Positions 20,126-29,772 of a stretch of DNA of 64,000 bases are shown here, piece by piece; position 1 is the first letter of the stretch, and each line of letters starts with the position of its first letter. The stretch is from an uncultured Chitinophagales bacterium (GTDB lineage Bacteria > Bacteroidota > Bacteroidia > Chitinophagales > UBA8649). The stretch spans positions 44,214 through 108,213 of the forward strand of contig CAWVRT010000001.1 of the NCBI GenBank assembly GCA_963932515.1. Reading direction: 5' to 3'. A program made the position numbers and the translations under genes. The notes under the pieces are model-generated. The model had not been told where the DNA came from. It ran no database searches and saw nothing but the letters and a program-made list of their open reading frames with translations.

Positions 20126-20726
20126 CTTTCTGCTTAATCATAGAAGAAATAACATCAATAGCTACTTTGTTTTGTCCACCAACAGGCACTATAATATCTG
20201 CATATTTCATAGTAGGCTCTATGAATTGTTCGTGCATTGGTTTTAAAGTGTTTTCCCAACGGTTAAAAACTTCTTCTATATCTCTTCCTCTTTCTTGAAT
20301 ATCTCTTTTTGCTCTTCTTAATAAACGCTCGTCCGCATCTGTATGCACAAATATTTTTATATCACAAAGGTCTCTTAATTCTTTATTGGTAAAAACTAAA
20401 ATTCCTTCTACAATCAATACTTTTTTTGGATAAATCACTACACAATCTGCTTCTCTAGAATGAGTTTTGTAAGAATATATAGGTTGTTTTATTTCTTTAC
20501 CGCTTTTTAAATCTTTTAATTGTGCTAAAAGCAAGACAAAATCTATTGATTGCGGATGGTCGTAGTTAATTTTTTCTCTTTCCTCAAAACTTAAATCAGT
20601 ATTGTCTCTATAATATGCATCTTGTGCTAGAACAGCTACACTACTTTCTTCAATGTTATTTACAATTTTATTTACTACGGTCGTTTTCCCTGAGCCAGTT
20701 CCACCAGCTATTCCAATAATCATCAT
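20118..20726 (-). CDS. udk: Uridine kinase
   Basis: 202 aa. IGIAGGTGSGKTT P-loop and YDHPQSIDF motif. Its 3' end overlaps the asd 3' end by 8 nt (convergent genes). Confidence 0.9.
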   Translation of the reverse strand: MMIIGIAGGTGSGKTTVVNKIVNNIEESSVAVLAQDAYYRDNTDLSFEEREKINYDHPQSIDFVLLLAQLKDLKSGKEIKQPIYSYKTHSREADCVVIYPKKVLIVEGILVFTNKELRDLCDIKIFVHTDADERLLRRAKRDIQERGRDIEEVFNRWENTLKPMHEQFIEPTMKYADIIVPVGGQNKVAIDVISSMIKQKAR

Positions 20727-20896
20727 GATAAAAAGTATTTTGAATTATACAGTAAAGGTAAACTTTATCAAAAGATTTCAAAAAGTATCTTAGAAATTAA
20801 TTTCAGTAATGCAAAGCATTTTCTCTTTACAGTTTAAATTATCAGGAAAAACACTTGATACGAAAGAAAATAAAATAACGAATTAGTAACTGTTAT

Positions 20897-21412
20897 TTAA
20901 ACAAAATCGTACGCCAAATGCTTCGTCGCTAATTCTTGTTTTTCTTCATTATAAACCAAACAAGACTCTATTGGGTTTCTGTATAAGTGTAATGAAAGAG
21001 AAGTTCCGTCATTGATGTTTTCAATCGTATGGAAACCAGTCGAATCTTCTTTAGTATAAGCTAATTCGTTTTCTTTTAAAATAATAAAGCCTTGTTTTTT
21101 CATTTCGTTAGTCTCTTTATTTAAAGCATACCCAACTTCTTTAAACTCTCCATCTAGAGCATAAACAAAACATTCATTACCATCATGGTTGTGAATAGCT
21201 GTTTTTTGACCTTTAGACCAGCACAGTAATATCAATTCGAATTCATCATTTCTAGTAATGCAGGTTCGTATATATTTTTTATCTGAAAAATGAATGTGCT
21301 CTTTAAAATCTTCTTTTGTTAAACCTAACTCTTGGATTTTTTTAGTATAAGCATCTTTGTCGCAAGAAGACATGCAATTTATTAATTCATCAATTTTATC
21401 TGTATTCCCCAT
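20897..21412 (-). CDS. Cysteine dioxygenase type I (cupin), eukaryote-like
   Basis: IHNHDGNECFVYALDG...GFHTIEN...SLSLHLY lines up with mammalian CDO IHDHTDSHCF...HRVEN...SLHLY. I start at the ATG at 21412 (MGNTDKID...) because a -7 box at 21448-21455 would place the transcription start inside the longer track ORF. Confidence 0.8.
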   Translation of the reverse strand: MGNTDKIDELINCMSSCDKDAYTKKIQELGLTKEDFKEHIHFSDKKYIRTCITRNDEFELILLCWSKGQKTAIHNHDGNECFVYALDGEFKEVGYALNKETNEMKKQGFIILKENELAYTKEDSTGFHTIENINDGTSLSLHLYRNPIESCLVYNEEKQELATKHLAYDFV

Positions 21413-21447
21413 GTTAGAATTCTCTATCTTTCTGCAAATGCGCATCG

Positions 21448-21455
21448 CAAAGCTA
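21448..21455 (-). promoter_or_regulatory. -7 promoter box TAGCTTTG for the cysteine dioxygenase gene
   Basis: Plus-strand caaagcta equals minus-strand TAGCTTTG, about 36 nt upstream of the ATG at 21412. Confidence 0.4.
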
Positions 21456-21851
21456 CGTAAAATATAGCTAAATACAAAATGATGTCAGATGAGGATATTG
21501 AAGATACATTTTTGATAATTATTTTTATCGATTTTACTACTTCAGCTAAATTTTTAGGTTACTATTTGTTTTTTAAAGTGTTTTTCAAGATTTTATTTCA
21601 CGCTAATCGTTGGTGTAAATAGGGCTTAGTGATACATTGTATTTAAAAGAAATATTAATTTTATATAAACATAAAATTATAATAAAAACAATATTTTGTG
21701 TTTAATTTTATTTTTTAGAATACCGGTAAATAAAGGAGTTTTTTTAAATTTATATGATTTATCTAGACACCCTTTTTGTTCAAACTATTATAATCTAAAA
21801 TTCATATATTATAAATAAATAAAAAAGAAAATCAGAATTACTTTCGTTTAA

Positions 21852-21874
21852 TACTTTTGAATATTGTATTTTTG
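21852..21874 (+). promoter_or_regulatory. Two tandem -7 promoter boxes (TACTTTTG, TATTTTTG) for the decarboxylase gene
   Basis: Exact TAnnTTTG matches at 21852-21859 and 21867-21874, 44-59 nt upstream of the ATG at 21918. Confidence 0.4.
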
Positions 21875-21917
21875 CGACCTATCTTACAATACGAAAATAA
21901 AAAAAATACCATCCTAT

Positions 21918-23273
21918 ATGCTTAGTGACCTAAAGTTATTTAATGATTTAACCTTGGCGCTACTAGCTGATGAAAAAGAGAACCCTGTTTCTAAAATGAT
22001 AGATCCTCAGGAAATGTACACCTCTTTAGATTTCGAATTAACTGACGAACCAAGTCTAGATGAAGATTTTAAAAAGAATTTGAAAAAGTTAATTTTAAGT
22101 ACGCCAAAAACGGCTTCTAAGAAATTTTTTAACCAACTTTTTGGTGGAAGAAGTAGTAAAGCATATTTAGGAGAATTATTAGCAGTGCTGTTAAATAATA
22201 GTATGTACACTTATAAAGTGGCAGGTCCTCAAGTTGGTATTGAAAAAACAATCATCAAAAAAGTAACAGAACTCATTAATTTTGGTGATGATGCTGACGG
22301 AACTTTCGCTCCAGGTGGTTCAATGTCTATTTTTATGGCAATGGTTATGGCTAGAGATGCTTTCAATTTGACTATTACAAAAGAAGGGGTATCTAGAAAA
22401 ATGACTTTATATACTTCTGAAGAATCTCATTATTCGGTTTCCAAAAATGCTTCATTTATTGGTGTAGGTAGAGACAATGTTCGTTATATCAAAGCAGATG
22501 ATCAAGGTCGTATGTTGGTTGTAGACTTGGAAGAGCAAATTAAAAAAGATATTGAAAAAGGATATGCTCCTTTTTATATAAACGCAACAGCTTCTACTAC
22601 CGTTTTAGGCGCTTTTGATCCAATTGACGAAATTAGTAAAATTGCCAAAAAATATAAAATTTGGTTGCATGTAGATGGCGCATTTGGTGGTTCAGTAATT
22701 TTTAGTAAAAAGCATAAGCATTTAATAAAAGGAGTAGAAGAAGCTGATTCTTTCAGTTTCAACCCACATAAATTATTAGGAACGCCATTGGCTACTTCTA
22801 TTATTATTGTAAAAAAGCAACAACATTTGTATGATTCTTTTGCGAATGAAGCGAGTTATTTGTATCAAACAGATAGCGATGAATTGAATCTGGGGAAAAT
22901 TTCTATACAATGTGGTAGAAGAAATGATGCTTTAAAATTCTGGACACTTTGGAAATCTGTAGGAACTTCTGGGTTAGAAAAAATAGTAGATAATCATTTT
23001 TATCTCGCTGACAAAACGAGAGACTATGTTTCTAACAATCCAGATTATACTTTATATAGCTTTAATGATTCTGTTTGTGTTTGTTTTAACTATAAAGGAA
23101 TTCCTGCAGAGAAAATCTGTAATGAATTATATGAAAATAACGAAATGATGGTTGGTTACGGCAAGTTTAAAGAAGATGAATTTATTAGAATGGTTTTTGT
23201 AAATCCTGAAAGCACGGATGCTGAATTAGACAATTTCTTTAAGATATTAGAGAATTTTGCTGATAAAATGTAA
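21918..23273 (+). CDS. Group II PLP-dependent decarboxylase, cysteine sulfinic acid decarboxylase (CSAD/GADL1)-like
   Basis: FFNQLFGG, LNNSMYTYK, HVDGAFGGS and SFNPHKLLG (PLP lysine) parallel human CSAD FFNQLFSG, LNTSQYTYE, HVDAAWGGS and NPHKLL. The track start at 21864 is a TTG inside the promoter boxes, so I use the ATG at 21918. Confidence 0.8.
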   Translation: MLSDLKLFNDLTLALLADEKENPVSKMIDPQEMYTSLDFELTDEPSLDEDFKKNLKKLILSTPKTASKKFFNQLFGGRSSKAYLGELLAVLLNNSMYTYKVAGPQVGIEKTIIKKVTELINFGDDADGTFAPGGSMSIFMAMVMARDAFNLTITKEGVSRKMTLYTSEESHYSVSKNASFIGVGRDNVRYIKADDQGRMLVVDLEEQIKKDIEKGYAPFYINATASTTVLGAFDPIDEISKIAKKYKIWLHVDGAFGGSVIFSKKHKHLIKGVEEADSFSFNPHKLLGTPLATSIIIVKKQQHLYDSFANEASYLYQTDSDELNLGKISIQCGRRNDALKFWTLWKSVGTSGLEKIVDNHFYLADKTRDYVSNNPDYTLYSFNDSVCVCFNYKGIPAEKICNELYENNEMMVGYGKFKEDEFIRMVFVNPESTDAELDNFFKILENFADKM

Positions 23274-23294
23274 TAGCGTTACTTAATATTTATT

Positions 23295-23903
23295 TTAGAA
23301 ATTAATAGCAAATCGTTTCTGAAAAACTAGAAGCGAAACCACCCCAACAGATATTGCTGCATCTGCAAAATTAAAGATATATGGGAAAAAGTTATGACCT
23401 CCAAGGACTGGGACCCATGCTGGCATATAGAACATTGGAAAATACAACATATCCACTACTTGTCCTTGCATTAGTGTAGCATAACCAACTTCTGGAAAAG
23501 ATTTTGCGACTTCAAATATGGTACTTTCAGAAAAGTATAATCCATAAAATAAACCATCAATCATATTGCCTGCAGCTCCAGCAAGAATTAAAGACATACA
23601 GAAAATAAAACCTGTATGTACTTTCTTTTTTATTAAAGTACTAATGTAGTAAGTTATCAAAGCAATTGCCCCTAATCTAAAACCCGATAAGAAATATTTA
23701 CCAATTACACCTCCCCAAGAAAGACCCATAGCCATACCATTATTTTCTGTAAAATGTATATAAAACCAATTACCAAAAACAGCAAAACTGTCTTCTAACC
23801 TCATAGAAGTTTTTACGATTATTTTACTGACTTGGTCAATAACTAACACAATAAAAACTGTAATAATAGCTATTAATGTTTTTTTATTCATGGGTTTTAG
23901 CAT
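23295..23903 (-). CDS. lspA: Lipoprotein signal peptidase (signal peptidase II)
   Basis: 202 aa with four TM segments and the C-terminal FNFADAAISVGV motif. An alternative ATG lies at 23891. Confidence 0.85.
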   Translation of the reverse strand: MLKPMNKKTLIAIITVFIVLVIDQVSKIIVKTSMRLEDSFAVFGNWFYIHFTENNGMAMGLSWGGVIGKYFLSGFRLGAIALITYYISTLIKKKVHTGFIFCMSLILAGAAGNMIDGLFYGLYFSESTIFEVAKSFPEVGYATLMQGQVVDMLYFPMFYMPAWVPVLGGHNFFPYIFNFADAAISVGVVSLLVFQKRFAINF

Positions 23904-23917
23904 GTTGTGTTAAGCTA

Positions 23918-24274
23918 TTATTTTCTAGCTTTTTTTGCTTCAATACTTAATGTGGCATGAGGTACAGCAATTAATCTTTCTTTAGAAATCAAATCACCAG
24001 TTTCTCTACAAATACCATACGTTTTGTTTTCGATTCTTCTTAACGCATTTTGTAAATGGTTAATGAATTTTTGTTGTCTATTGGCTTGGTTGTTTAAATA
24101 TTCTCTTTCAGCCATTAAAGCACTATCTTCTAAATAGTTAAATTTTATACTATTTTTTTGCTGAAGTTGTGCCATATTTTCCTTTAATTCAACATCTGCT
24201 AAATCGATTTTCTTTTGTATCAAAACTTTGAATTCCGCTAATTCAGTTTCTGAATATCTTGATTTTTCACTCAT
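23918..24274 (-). CDS. DksA/TraR-family protein
   Basis: 118 aa. Coiled-coil N-terminal half and a C-terminal YGICRETGDLISKERLIAVPHATL segment. Sits in the conserved ileS-dksA-like-lspA order. A full C4 zinc finger is not evident. Confidence 0.65.
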   Translation of the reverse strand: MSEKSRYSETELAEFKVLIQKKIDLADVELKENMAQLQQKNSIKFNYLEDSALMAEREYLNNQANRQQKFINHLQNALRRIENKTYGICRETGDLISKERLIAVPHATLSIEAKKARK

Positions 24275-27200
24275 TATTTTAATTTTTCTATGTTAACTTT
24301 TAATGTGTTATTGTTAATGTCTATCTCTTCCGTTTCCTTTATAGATTCATCTACAACTATATCGTTTGCCAAAATTTCACTGCAAATATAATCTTTAAAA
24401 GTTTCTAAGACTTTTTCGAACTTTAAATTTGGTTGAATATTTACTAATATTTTATCTGTAACATCAAAATCACTAGCCTTTCTAATATTCTGTAATCTGT
24501 TTACAAATTCTCTTGCATCTCCTTCTTCTAAAAGCGCTTCATTCAATTTTGTATCTAAAGCTACTGTTAAGCCTTTGTTGTTTGCAACTGTCCAACCTTC
24601 TAAATCACTTGCGGTAATCATAAAGTCTTCAATATCTAATCGAATAATTTCTTCTTCCAATTGAATTTCAAAAAATTGCTGCTTTTCAATTGTCGCAATA
24701 TCTTTAGCATTCATAGCATTTATTGCCATAGAAACTGCTTTCATGTTTTTACCAACCTTTCTTCCTAACGTTTTAAAGTTTGGTTTTATTTGCTTCTTCA
24801 CGATACCTTCTGTACCAGAAACATATTCCATTCTCTTTACATTTACTTCTGAAAGGATATAGCTTTCCATTTTTTGGATTTTCGCCATCATTTCGTCATT
24901 GTCTAAAGGAATCAAGATCCTTTCTAGTGGTTGACGAACTTTTAACTTTTCTTTCGCTCTAATAGACAACACCATAGAAGTAATGTTTCTAGCCATGTCC
25001 ATTCTCTCTTCTAAATCTTTATTGATTAAGGCACTTTTTCCTTTGGGGAAATCAGCTAAATGTACAGACTCTGCTGCATCTTTACCCGTTGCTTTATTTA
25101 ATGATTTGAATAAGAAATCTGCAAAGAAAGGCGCTACGGAAGCCATTAATTTCGACAATACATCTAAATTGGTATACAATGTTTGGAAAGCAGAAATTTT
25201 ATCTTCTGAATATTCACCTTTCCAAAATCTTCTTCTACAAAGCCTTACATACCAGTTACTTAAAACTTCATCTACATAACCATCTATTAATCTAGTTGCT
25301 TTTGTAGGCTCATAATCATCTAAGCAGGCTTCAACATCTATAATTAAAGTGTTTAAACAAGAAATAACCCACTGGTCAATTTCTGGTCTTTTTTCTATGG
25401 TAATTTCTTCTTCTTTATATTGGAAACCATCAATGTTTGCATATAATGAGAAGAACGAATAAGTATTATATAATGTACCAAAAAACTTACGTTTTACTTC
25501 TTCAATTCCTGCAACATCAAATTTTAAATTGTCCCAAGGCATTGCATTTGAAATAATATACCATCTTGTAGCATCTGCTCCGTATTTAGCCAAGGTATCA
25601 AATGCATCAACGGTGTTTCCTTTACTTTTAGACATTTTTTGCCCGTTTGCATCTTGAACTAATCCGTTGGCTATTACATTTTTAAATGCTGGCTTTCCAT
25701 GCAACATAGTAGATATAGCATGTAAAGTAAAGAACCATCCTCTTGTTTGATCTACTCCTTCAGCTATAAAATCTGCTGGAAAATTATTGTCAAATTCTTC
25801 TTTGTTTTCGAAAGGATAATGTTGTTGAGCCATTGGCATAGATCCTGAATCGAACCAAACATCAATAACTTCTTCTTCTCTTTTCATTGGTTGACCACTT
25901 GGCGAAACCAAAATAACTCTATCAATATATGGTTTGTGTAAATCTGGTAAAGATTCATTGTTCAATCCTAAAGCTTCATTTGCTTTTTGCATTTCTGCAT
26001 TTAATTGTGCTACTGAACTAATGCAAATTTCTTCTTCGCCATCTTCTGTTCGCCAAATAGGTAAAGGAATTCCCCAAAAACGAGAACGAGATAAATTCCA
26101 ATCTTGTAAGTTTTCTAACCAGTTACCAAAACGACCAGAACCTGTACTTGCAGGTTTCCAATTTATTTTATTGTTGTTAGCGATCAACTCGTCTTTTACA
26201 GCGGTAGTTTTTATAAACCAAGAATCTAACGGATAGTATAAAACTGGTTTATCTGTACGCCAACAATGCGGGTAACTATGCACGTGTTTTTGAACATTAA
26301 ACGCTTTGTTTTCTGTTTTTAATTTTATAGAAATAGTAACATCTACAGAAATGTAGTTTTCTTCTTCTTTGTAATCTTTTACATAACGACCAGAAAATTC
26401 TTCCATCCCTTCAACAAACTTTCCAGTTTTATCTACTAAAGTTAAAGAGCCAATTCCGTTCATTTTTGCTACTCTCATATCATCTGCGCCAAAACTTGGT
26501 GCTAAATGAACAATTCCTGTTCCGTCTTCTGTGGTTACAAAATCACCAATAATTACCCTAAAAGCATATCCATCTTCTGGTTGGTGATACGCTAATAATT
26601 GCTCGTAATTTATACCTGCTAATTCAGAACCTTTAAATTCTTTAAGTACTTGCCAAGGAATATTTTTATCTCCTTCCTGGTAGTCTGTAGTGTTTTCATT
26701 CTCTGCTTTAAACCATTTTGACACTAATTTTTTAGCTAAAACTAAATTTACTGGCAAGAAAGTATAAGGGTTGAAAGTTTTGATTAATACATAATCAATA
26801 TTTTTCCCAACTGCTAGAGCTGTGTTTGATGGTAATGTCCAAGGAGTAGTTGTCCAAGCTATAAAATAAGCTTCTGCTACTTCATTGAAAATTACTGCAG
26901 ACTTTTCATCTTTTATTATTTTAAACTGCGCTACACAAGTAGTATCTGTAACATCTTGGTATGCGCCAGGTTGGTTTAGCTCGTGCGTGCTTAAACCTGT
27001 ACCAGCTGCTGGTGAAAAAGGTTGAACAGTATAGCCTTTATACATCAAGTTTTTCTTGTACAACTCACCAAGCGTAAACCATACAGATTCTATATATTCG
27101 TTATCGAAAGTTACATATGGCTTTTTCATATCTACCCAATAACCCATTTTATTGGTTAAATCTTCCCAAATGTCCTTAAACTGCATCACTGTTTTTCTAC

Positions 27201-27585
27201 ATTCTTTGTTGTAATCTTCTACAGAAATTTTAGTGCCAATATCTTCTTTGGTAATCCCTAATTCTTTTTCAACTTTCAATTCTACTGGTAAACCATGCGA
27301 ATCCCAACCAGCTTTACGCTTTACTTGAAAGCCTTGCATTGTTTTATATCTACAAAAAATATCTTTTACCGTTCTTCCTATAACATGGTGAATTCCTGGT
27401 AATCCGTTGGCAGAAGGAGGTCCTTCATAAAAAACGAATGGTTTATTAGCATCTTTTTGATTGACAGACTTCTTAAAAATATCTTCACTTTTCCAAAAAG
27501 CTAACATATCTTTATCTATAGCTGTTAAATCTAATCCTTCAAATACTGGGAATTGACTGTTTTTATCGGTATTTTTTTGTTTCAT
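24274..27585 (-). CDS. ileS: Isoleucine--tRNA ligase
   Basis: PSANGLPGIHHVIGR (HIGH region), KMSKSKGN (KMSKS), and an editing-domain insertion. The track start at 27612 is a TTG overlapping the -7 box, so I use the ATG at 27585 (MKQKNTDKN...). Confidence 0.95.
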   Translation of the reverse strand: MKQKNTDKNSQFPVFEGLDLTAIDKDMLAFWKSEDIFKKSVNQKDANKPFVFYEGPPSANGLPGIHHVIGRTVKDIFCRYKTMQGFQVKRKAGWDSHGLPVELKVEKELGITKEDIGTKISVEDYNKECRKTVMQFKDIWEDLTNKMGYWVDMKKPYVTFDNEYIESVWFTLGELYKKNLMYKGYTVQPFSPAAGTGLSTHELNQPGAYQDVTDTTCVAQFKIIKDEKSAVIFNEVAEAYFIAWTTTPWTLPSNTALAVGKNIDYVLIKTFNPYTFLPVNLVLAKKLVSKWFKAENENTTDYQEGDKNIPWQVLKEFKGSELAGINYEQLLAYHQPEDGYAFRVIIGDFVTTEDGTGIVHLAPSFGADDMRVAKMNGIGSLTLVDKTGKFVEGMEEFSGRYVKDYKEEENYISVDVTISIKLKTENKAFNVQKHVHSYPHCWRTDKPVLYYPLDSWFIKTTAVKDELIANNNKINWKPASTGSGRFGNWLENLQDWNLSRSRFWGIPLPIWRTEDGEEEICISSVAQLNAEMQKANEALGLNNESLPDLHKPYIDRVILVSPSGQPMKREEEVIDVWFDSGSMPMAQQHYPFENKEEFDNNFPADFIAEGVDQTRGWFFTLHAISTMLHGKPAFKNVIANGLVQDANGQKMSKSKGNTVDAFDTLAKYGADATRWYIISNAMPWDNLKFDVAGIEEVKRKFFGTLYNTYSFFSLYANIDGFQYKEEEITIEKRPEIDQWVISCLNTLIIDVEACLDDYEPTKATRLIDGYVDEVLSNWYVRLCRRRFWKGEYSEDKISAFQTLYTNLDVLSKLMASVAPFFADFLFKSLNKATGKDAAESVHLADFPKGKSALINKDLEERMDMARNITSMVLSIRAKEKLKVRQPLERILIPLDNDEMMAKIQKMESYILSEVNVKRMEYVSGTEGIVKKQIKPNFKTLGRKVGKNMKAVSMAINAMNAKDIATIEKQQFFEIQLEEEIIRLDIEDFMITASDLEGWTVANNKGLTVALDTKLNEALLEEGDAREFVNRLQNIRKASDFDVTDKILVNIQPNLKFEKVLETFKDYICSEILANDIVVDESIKETEEIDINNNTLKVNIEKLK

Positions 27586-27609
27586 TCTTTTGCAAGTTTT
27601 AAAGACTGG

Positions 27610-27617
27610 CAAAGATA
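27610..27617 (-). promoter_or_regulatory. -7 promoter box TATCTTTG for ileS
   Basis: Plus-strand caaagata equals minus-strand TATCTTTG, 24 nt upstream of the ATG at 27585. Confidence 0.45.
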
Positions 27618-27826
27618 ATGAATTATTATGATTTTGTAAAAGGCAATTTCAAGGTGCAGGAGCTAAGTAAATAGACTATAATTTTAAGCAAAGCATCTTA
27701 GTTATTATACTATAATTACTTTCTAAACACTACTAGCGCACTAAACACCTGAAATTAGATTACTTGTATTTATGTTCCTTACTTTTCTATTTAATTTTCA
27801 CGAACCGTTTTCTACCAAATAGCTCG

Positions 27827-28834
27827 TTAATTATACATTTCTAAAGAGCTTTTTAATCTATTTTTAATTTCTGTTTTTAAACTTTCGGGTGAAATGACTT
27901 TTACCGTTTCACCAAAACTTAAAATACTCATAATTAATTCAACCGTAAGCCCAACATTAAGTTTTACAACCAACTCATCAGCTGTTTCAGAAATAATTTC
28001 TTGCGTTTCATGCAATTCTTGTGTTAAAACATACGCTTTTTGAATTTTATTGAACGAAAGAATTACTTCTTCACTTTTCCCTTCAAAAGTGGTTATGCCA
28101 AAAGCATGTTTAAAATAATCTTTGGTAGAAAAAGATGGGTGATTTTTAAAAGCTTTAGATGATTTTTCGAAATGCGTAATTCTATCCAATCCAAAAGTGT
28201 TAATATACCCATATTTATCATTCATGCCAATTAAATACCAACGATTTCTATATTCTTTTAATAAATAAGGATGAACTGTATGTGTTTTAGTTTCGTTGCT
28301 ATTAAATTTTTGATATTCCACATAAATACACTCATTTTCTTTAATATGCGTAAGTAATGCTCCTATTAAATTGGATCCTTTAAAATTGGGTACTTTTTCG
28401 AACTGAATAGTATCTTCTATCTCGTCTTCTGTTAAAATAGTACTAACATTTATGGCATTAAATATTTTATCTACGGTGGCTTCAAAATCACTAAACATTT
28501 TAATTCCCTTAAATTGTTGCAAAACTGTTGCAGCAAACTCTAAAGAATCTAAATCTTTTTCGCTCAAAGGAATTTCAGTAATTGTATAGTTTTCATCGCT
28601 ATAATAATAACCACCTTCTCTTTTACTCCATTTTATTGGCGCTAAAAAGCCTAACAATTCATCTTGTTTCATGGCTTTAATATCTTTTTGAATAGTAGAC
28701 TCCGAAAAAGTTTTACCCAATTTCTCTTCCATCTCTTCTATTAAATCATCCATGCTAGGATATGTTTTTCGCTTATTTCTAAGCATTTTGTCTATTATTC
28801 TATATCGAATAAAAGCTTCTTTATTTGCAGCCAT
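27827..28834 (-). CDS. HTH + WYL-domain transcriptional regulator
   Basis: 335 aa. N-terminal winged-HTH-like segment (AFIRYRIIDKMLRNKRK.YPSMDDLIEEM), central HPYLLKEYRNRWYLIG (WYL signature), and a C-terminal WCX-like extension. Confidence 0.8.
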   Translation of the reverse strand: MAANKEAFIRYRIIDKMLRNKRKTYPSMDDLIEEMEEKLGKTFSESTIQKDIKAMKQDELLGFLAPIKWSKREGGYYYSDENYTITEIPLSEKDLDSLEFAATVLQQFKGIKMFSDFEATVDKIFNAINVSTILTEDEIEDTIQFEKVPNFKGSNLIGALLTHIKENECIYVEYQKFNSNETKTHTVHPYLLKEYRNRWYLIGMNDKYGYINTFGLDRITHFEKSSKAFKNHPSFSTKDYFKHAFGITTFEGKSEEVILSFNKIQKAYVLTQELHETQEIISETADELVVKLNVGLTVELIMSILSFGETVKVISPESLKTEIKNRLKSSLEMYN

Positions 28835-28923
28835 TTCATATTTTTATGCTGTAAAACTAATCAGTTATATTTCTAGAATTTATTTTTTTATTATTATTAT
28901 TTTGAATTACAGCGCTATTAAAA

Positions 28924-28946
28924 ATTAGAATATTTGATATTCTAAT
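28924..28946. promoter_or_regulatory. Perfect 10+10 bp inverted repeat, candidate operator
   Basis: ATTAGAATAT-TTG-ATATTCTAAT. Lies in the divergent spacer, 90 nt upstream of the WYL gene ATG (28834) and 101 nt upstream of the OMP gene ATG (29047). Confidence 0.45.
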
Positions 28947-29046
28947 GAATGTAGTTTGTTTTCTCACAAAATTTAACAAAGCAAAAAGGTAAGTTTATGC
29001 CATTTTTATTTGAAAACGATTAATTTTACACCTTAAATTAATATTT

Positions 29047-29766
29047 ATGAAAAAAATACTTTTAATACTTACGATTTTATTTGGAATAACTTTAACGACT
29101 TTTGCGCAAGAATCTGAGCCAGTAAAGAAGGAAAGTAAAATAAAAAAAGCATTCGAATCTGACAGCAAAGACAGATTGTTTTTAGTTTTAAACCATGACA
29201 ATCTTTTCCATAAAGAAGCAAATGGTTTTGCAACGCAATGGTATTCTAGAGGTATGGGAATCTATTTTATGTGGGATTTTCAAATAAAAAAATCTAAATT
29301 TAGTATTGCACCAGGTATTGGTTATAACCATGCTGCTTATTTTCACAATGGAGGAATTCAAGAAGATAGTTCAGGTGTTAGCTTTCCAACAATTTATGAT
29401 TTATCTGAAGATGCAAATTTTAGTAGAGCGAAAATGTCTTTACACTATATAGAAGTGCCTGTCGAATTAAGGTTTAGACATAAATTTAAAAATGCTTTAT
29501 CATTAAAAATAGCAGTAGGTATAAAAGGTAGTGTAAAAGTTGCGGCTTCTACTAAAGAAGTTAAAATGGGACCAACTGGTTATTTTAAGCATTATGACGT
29601 TTCTAACTATAAAGATTTTAACACTTGGAGAGTGGGGCCAACATTAAGAATGGGTTATGGTGCAGTAAACTTAATAATGTATTATAATTTATTGCCTTTA
29701 TTTAAAGAAGGAAAAGGACCAAAAATGACTCCGTTTTCTATTGGCGTTGCTTTTACAACTTTGTAA
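29047..29766 (+). CDS. Small outer-membrane beta-barrel protein (porin-family / PorT-like)
   Basis: 239 aa. Signal peptide ending TFAQ and an amphipathic beta-strand pattern. Ends ...FSIGVAFTTL. Confidence 0.6.
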   Translation: MKKILLILTILFGITLTTFAQESEPVKKESKIKKAFESDSKDRLFLVLNHDNLFHKEANGFATQWYSRGMGIYFMWDFQIKKSKFSIAPGIGYNHAAYFHNGGIQEDSSGVSFPTIYDLSEDANFSRAKMSLHYIEVPVELRFRHKFKNALSLKIAVGIKGSVKVAASTKEVKMGPTGYFKHYDVSNYKDFNTWRVGPTLRMGYGAVNLIMYYNLLPLFKEGKGPKMTPFSIGVAFTTL

Positions 29767-29772
29767 AATTTT

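Noticed and set aside
27586-27826. Possible T-box or other leader RNA upstream of ileS
   Set aside because: The -7 box lies 24 nt from the ATG. No specifier-loop or T-box sequence (AGGGTGGNACCGCG-like) is present, and T-boxes are not expected in Bacteroidota.
27827-29766. WYL regulator as the marker of an anti-phage defence island
   Set aside because: No nuclease, helicase, methyltransferase, TIR, cyclase or toxin-like gene is adjacent. The neighbours are ileS and a small porin-like OMP. It is kept only as an orphan-regulator finding.
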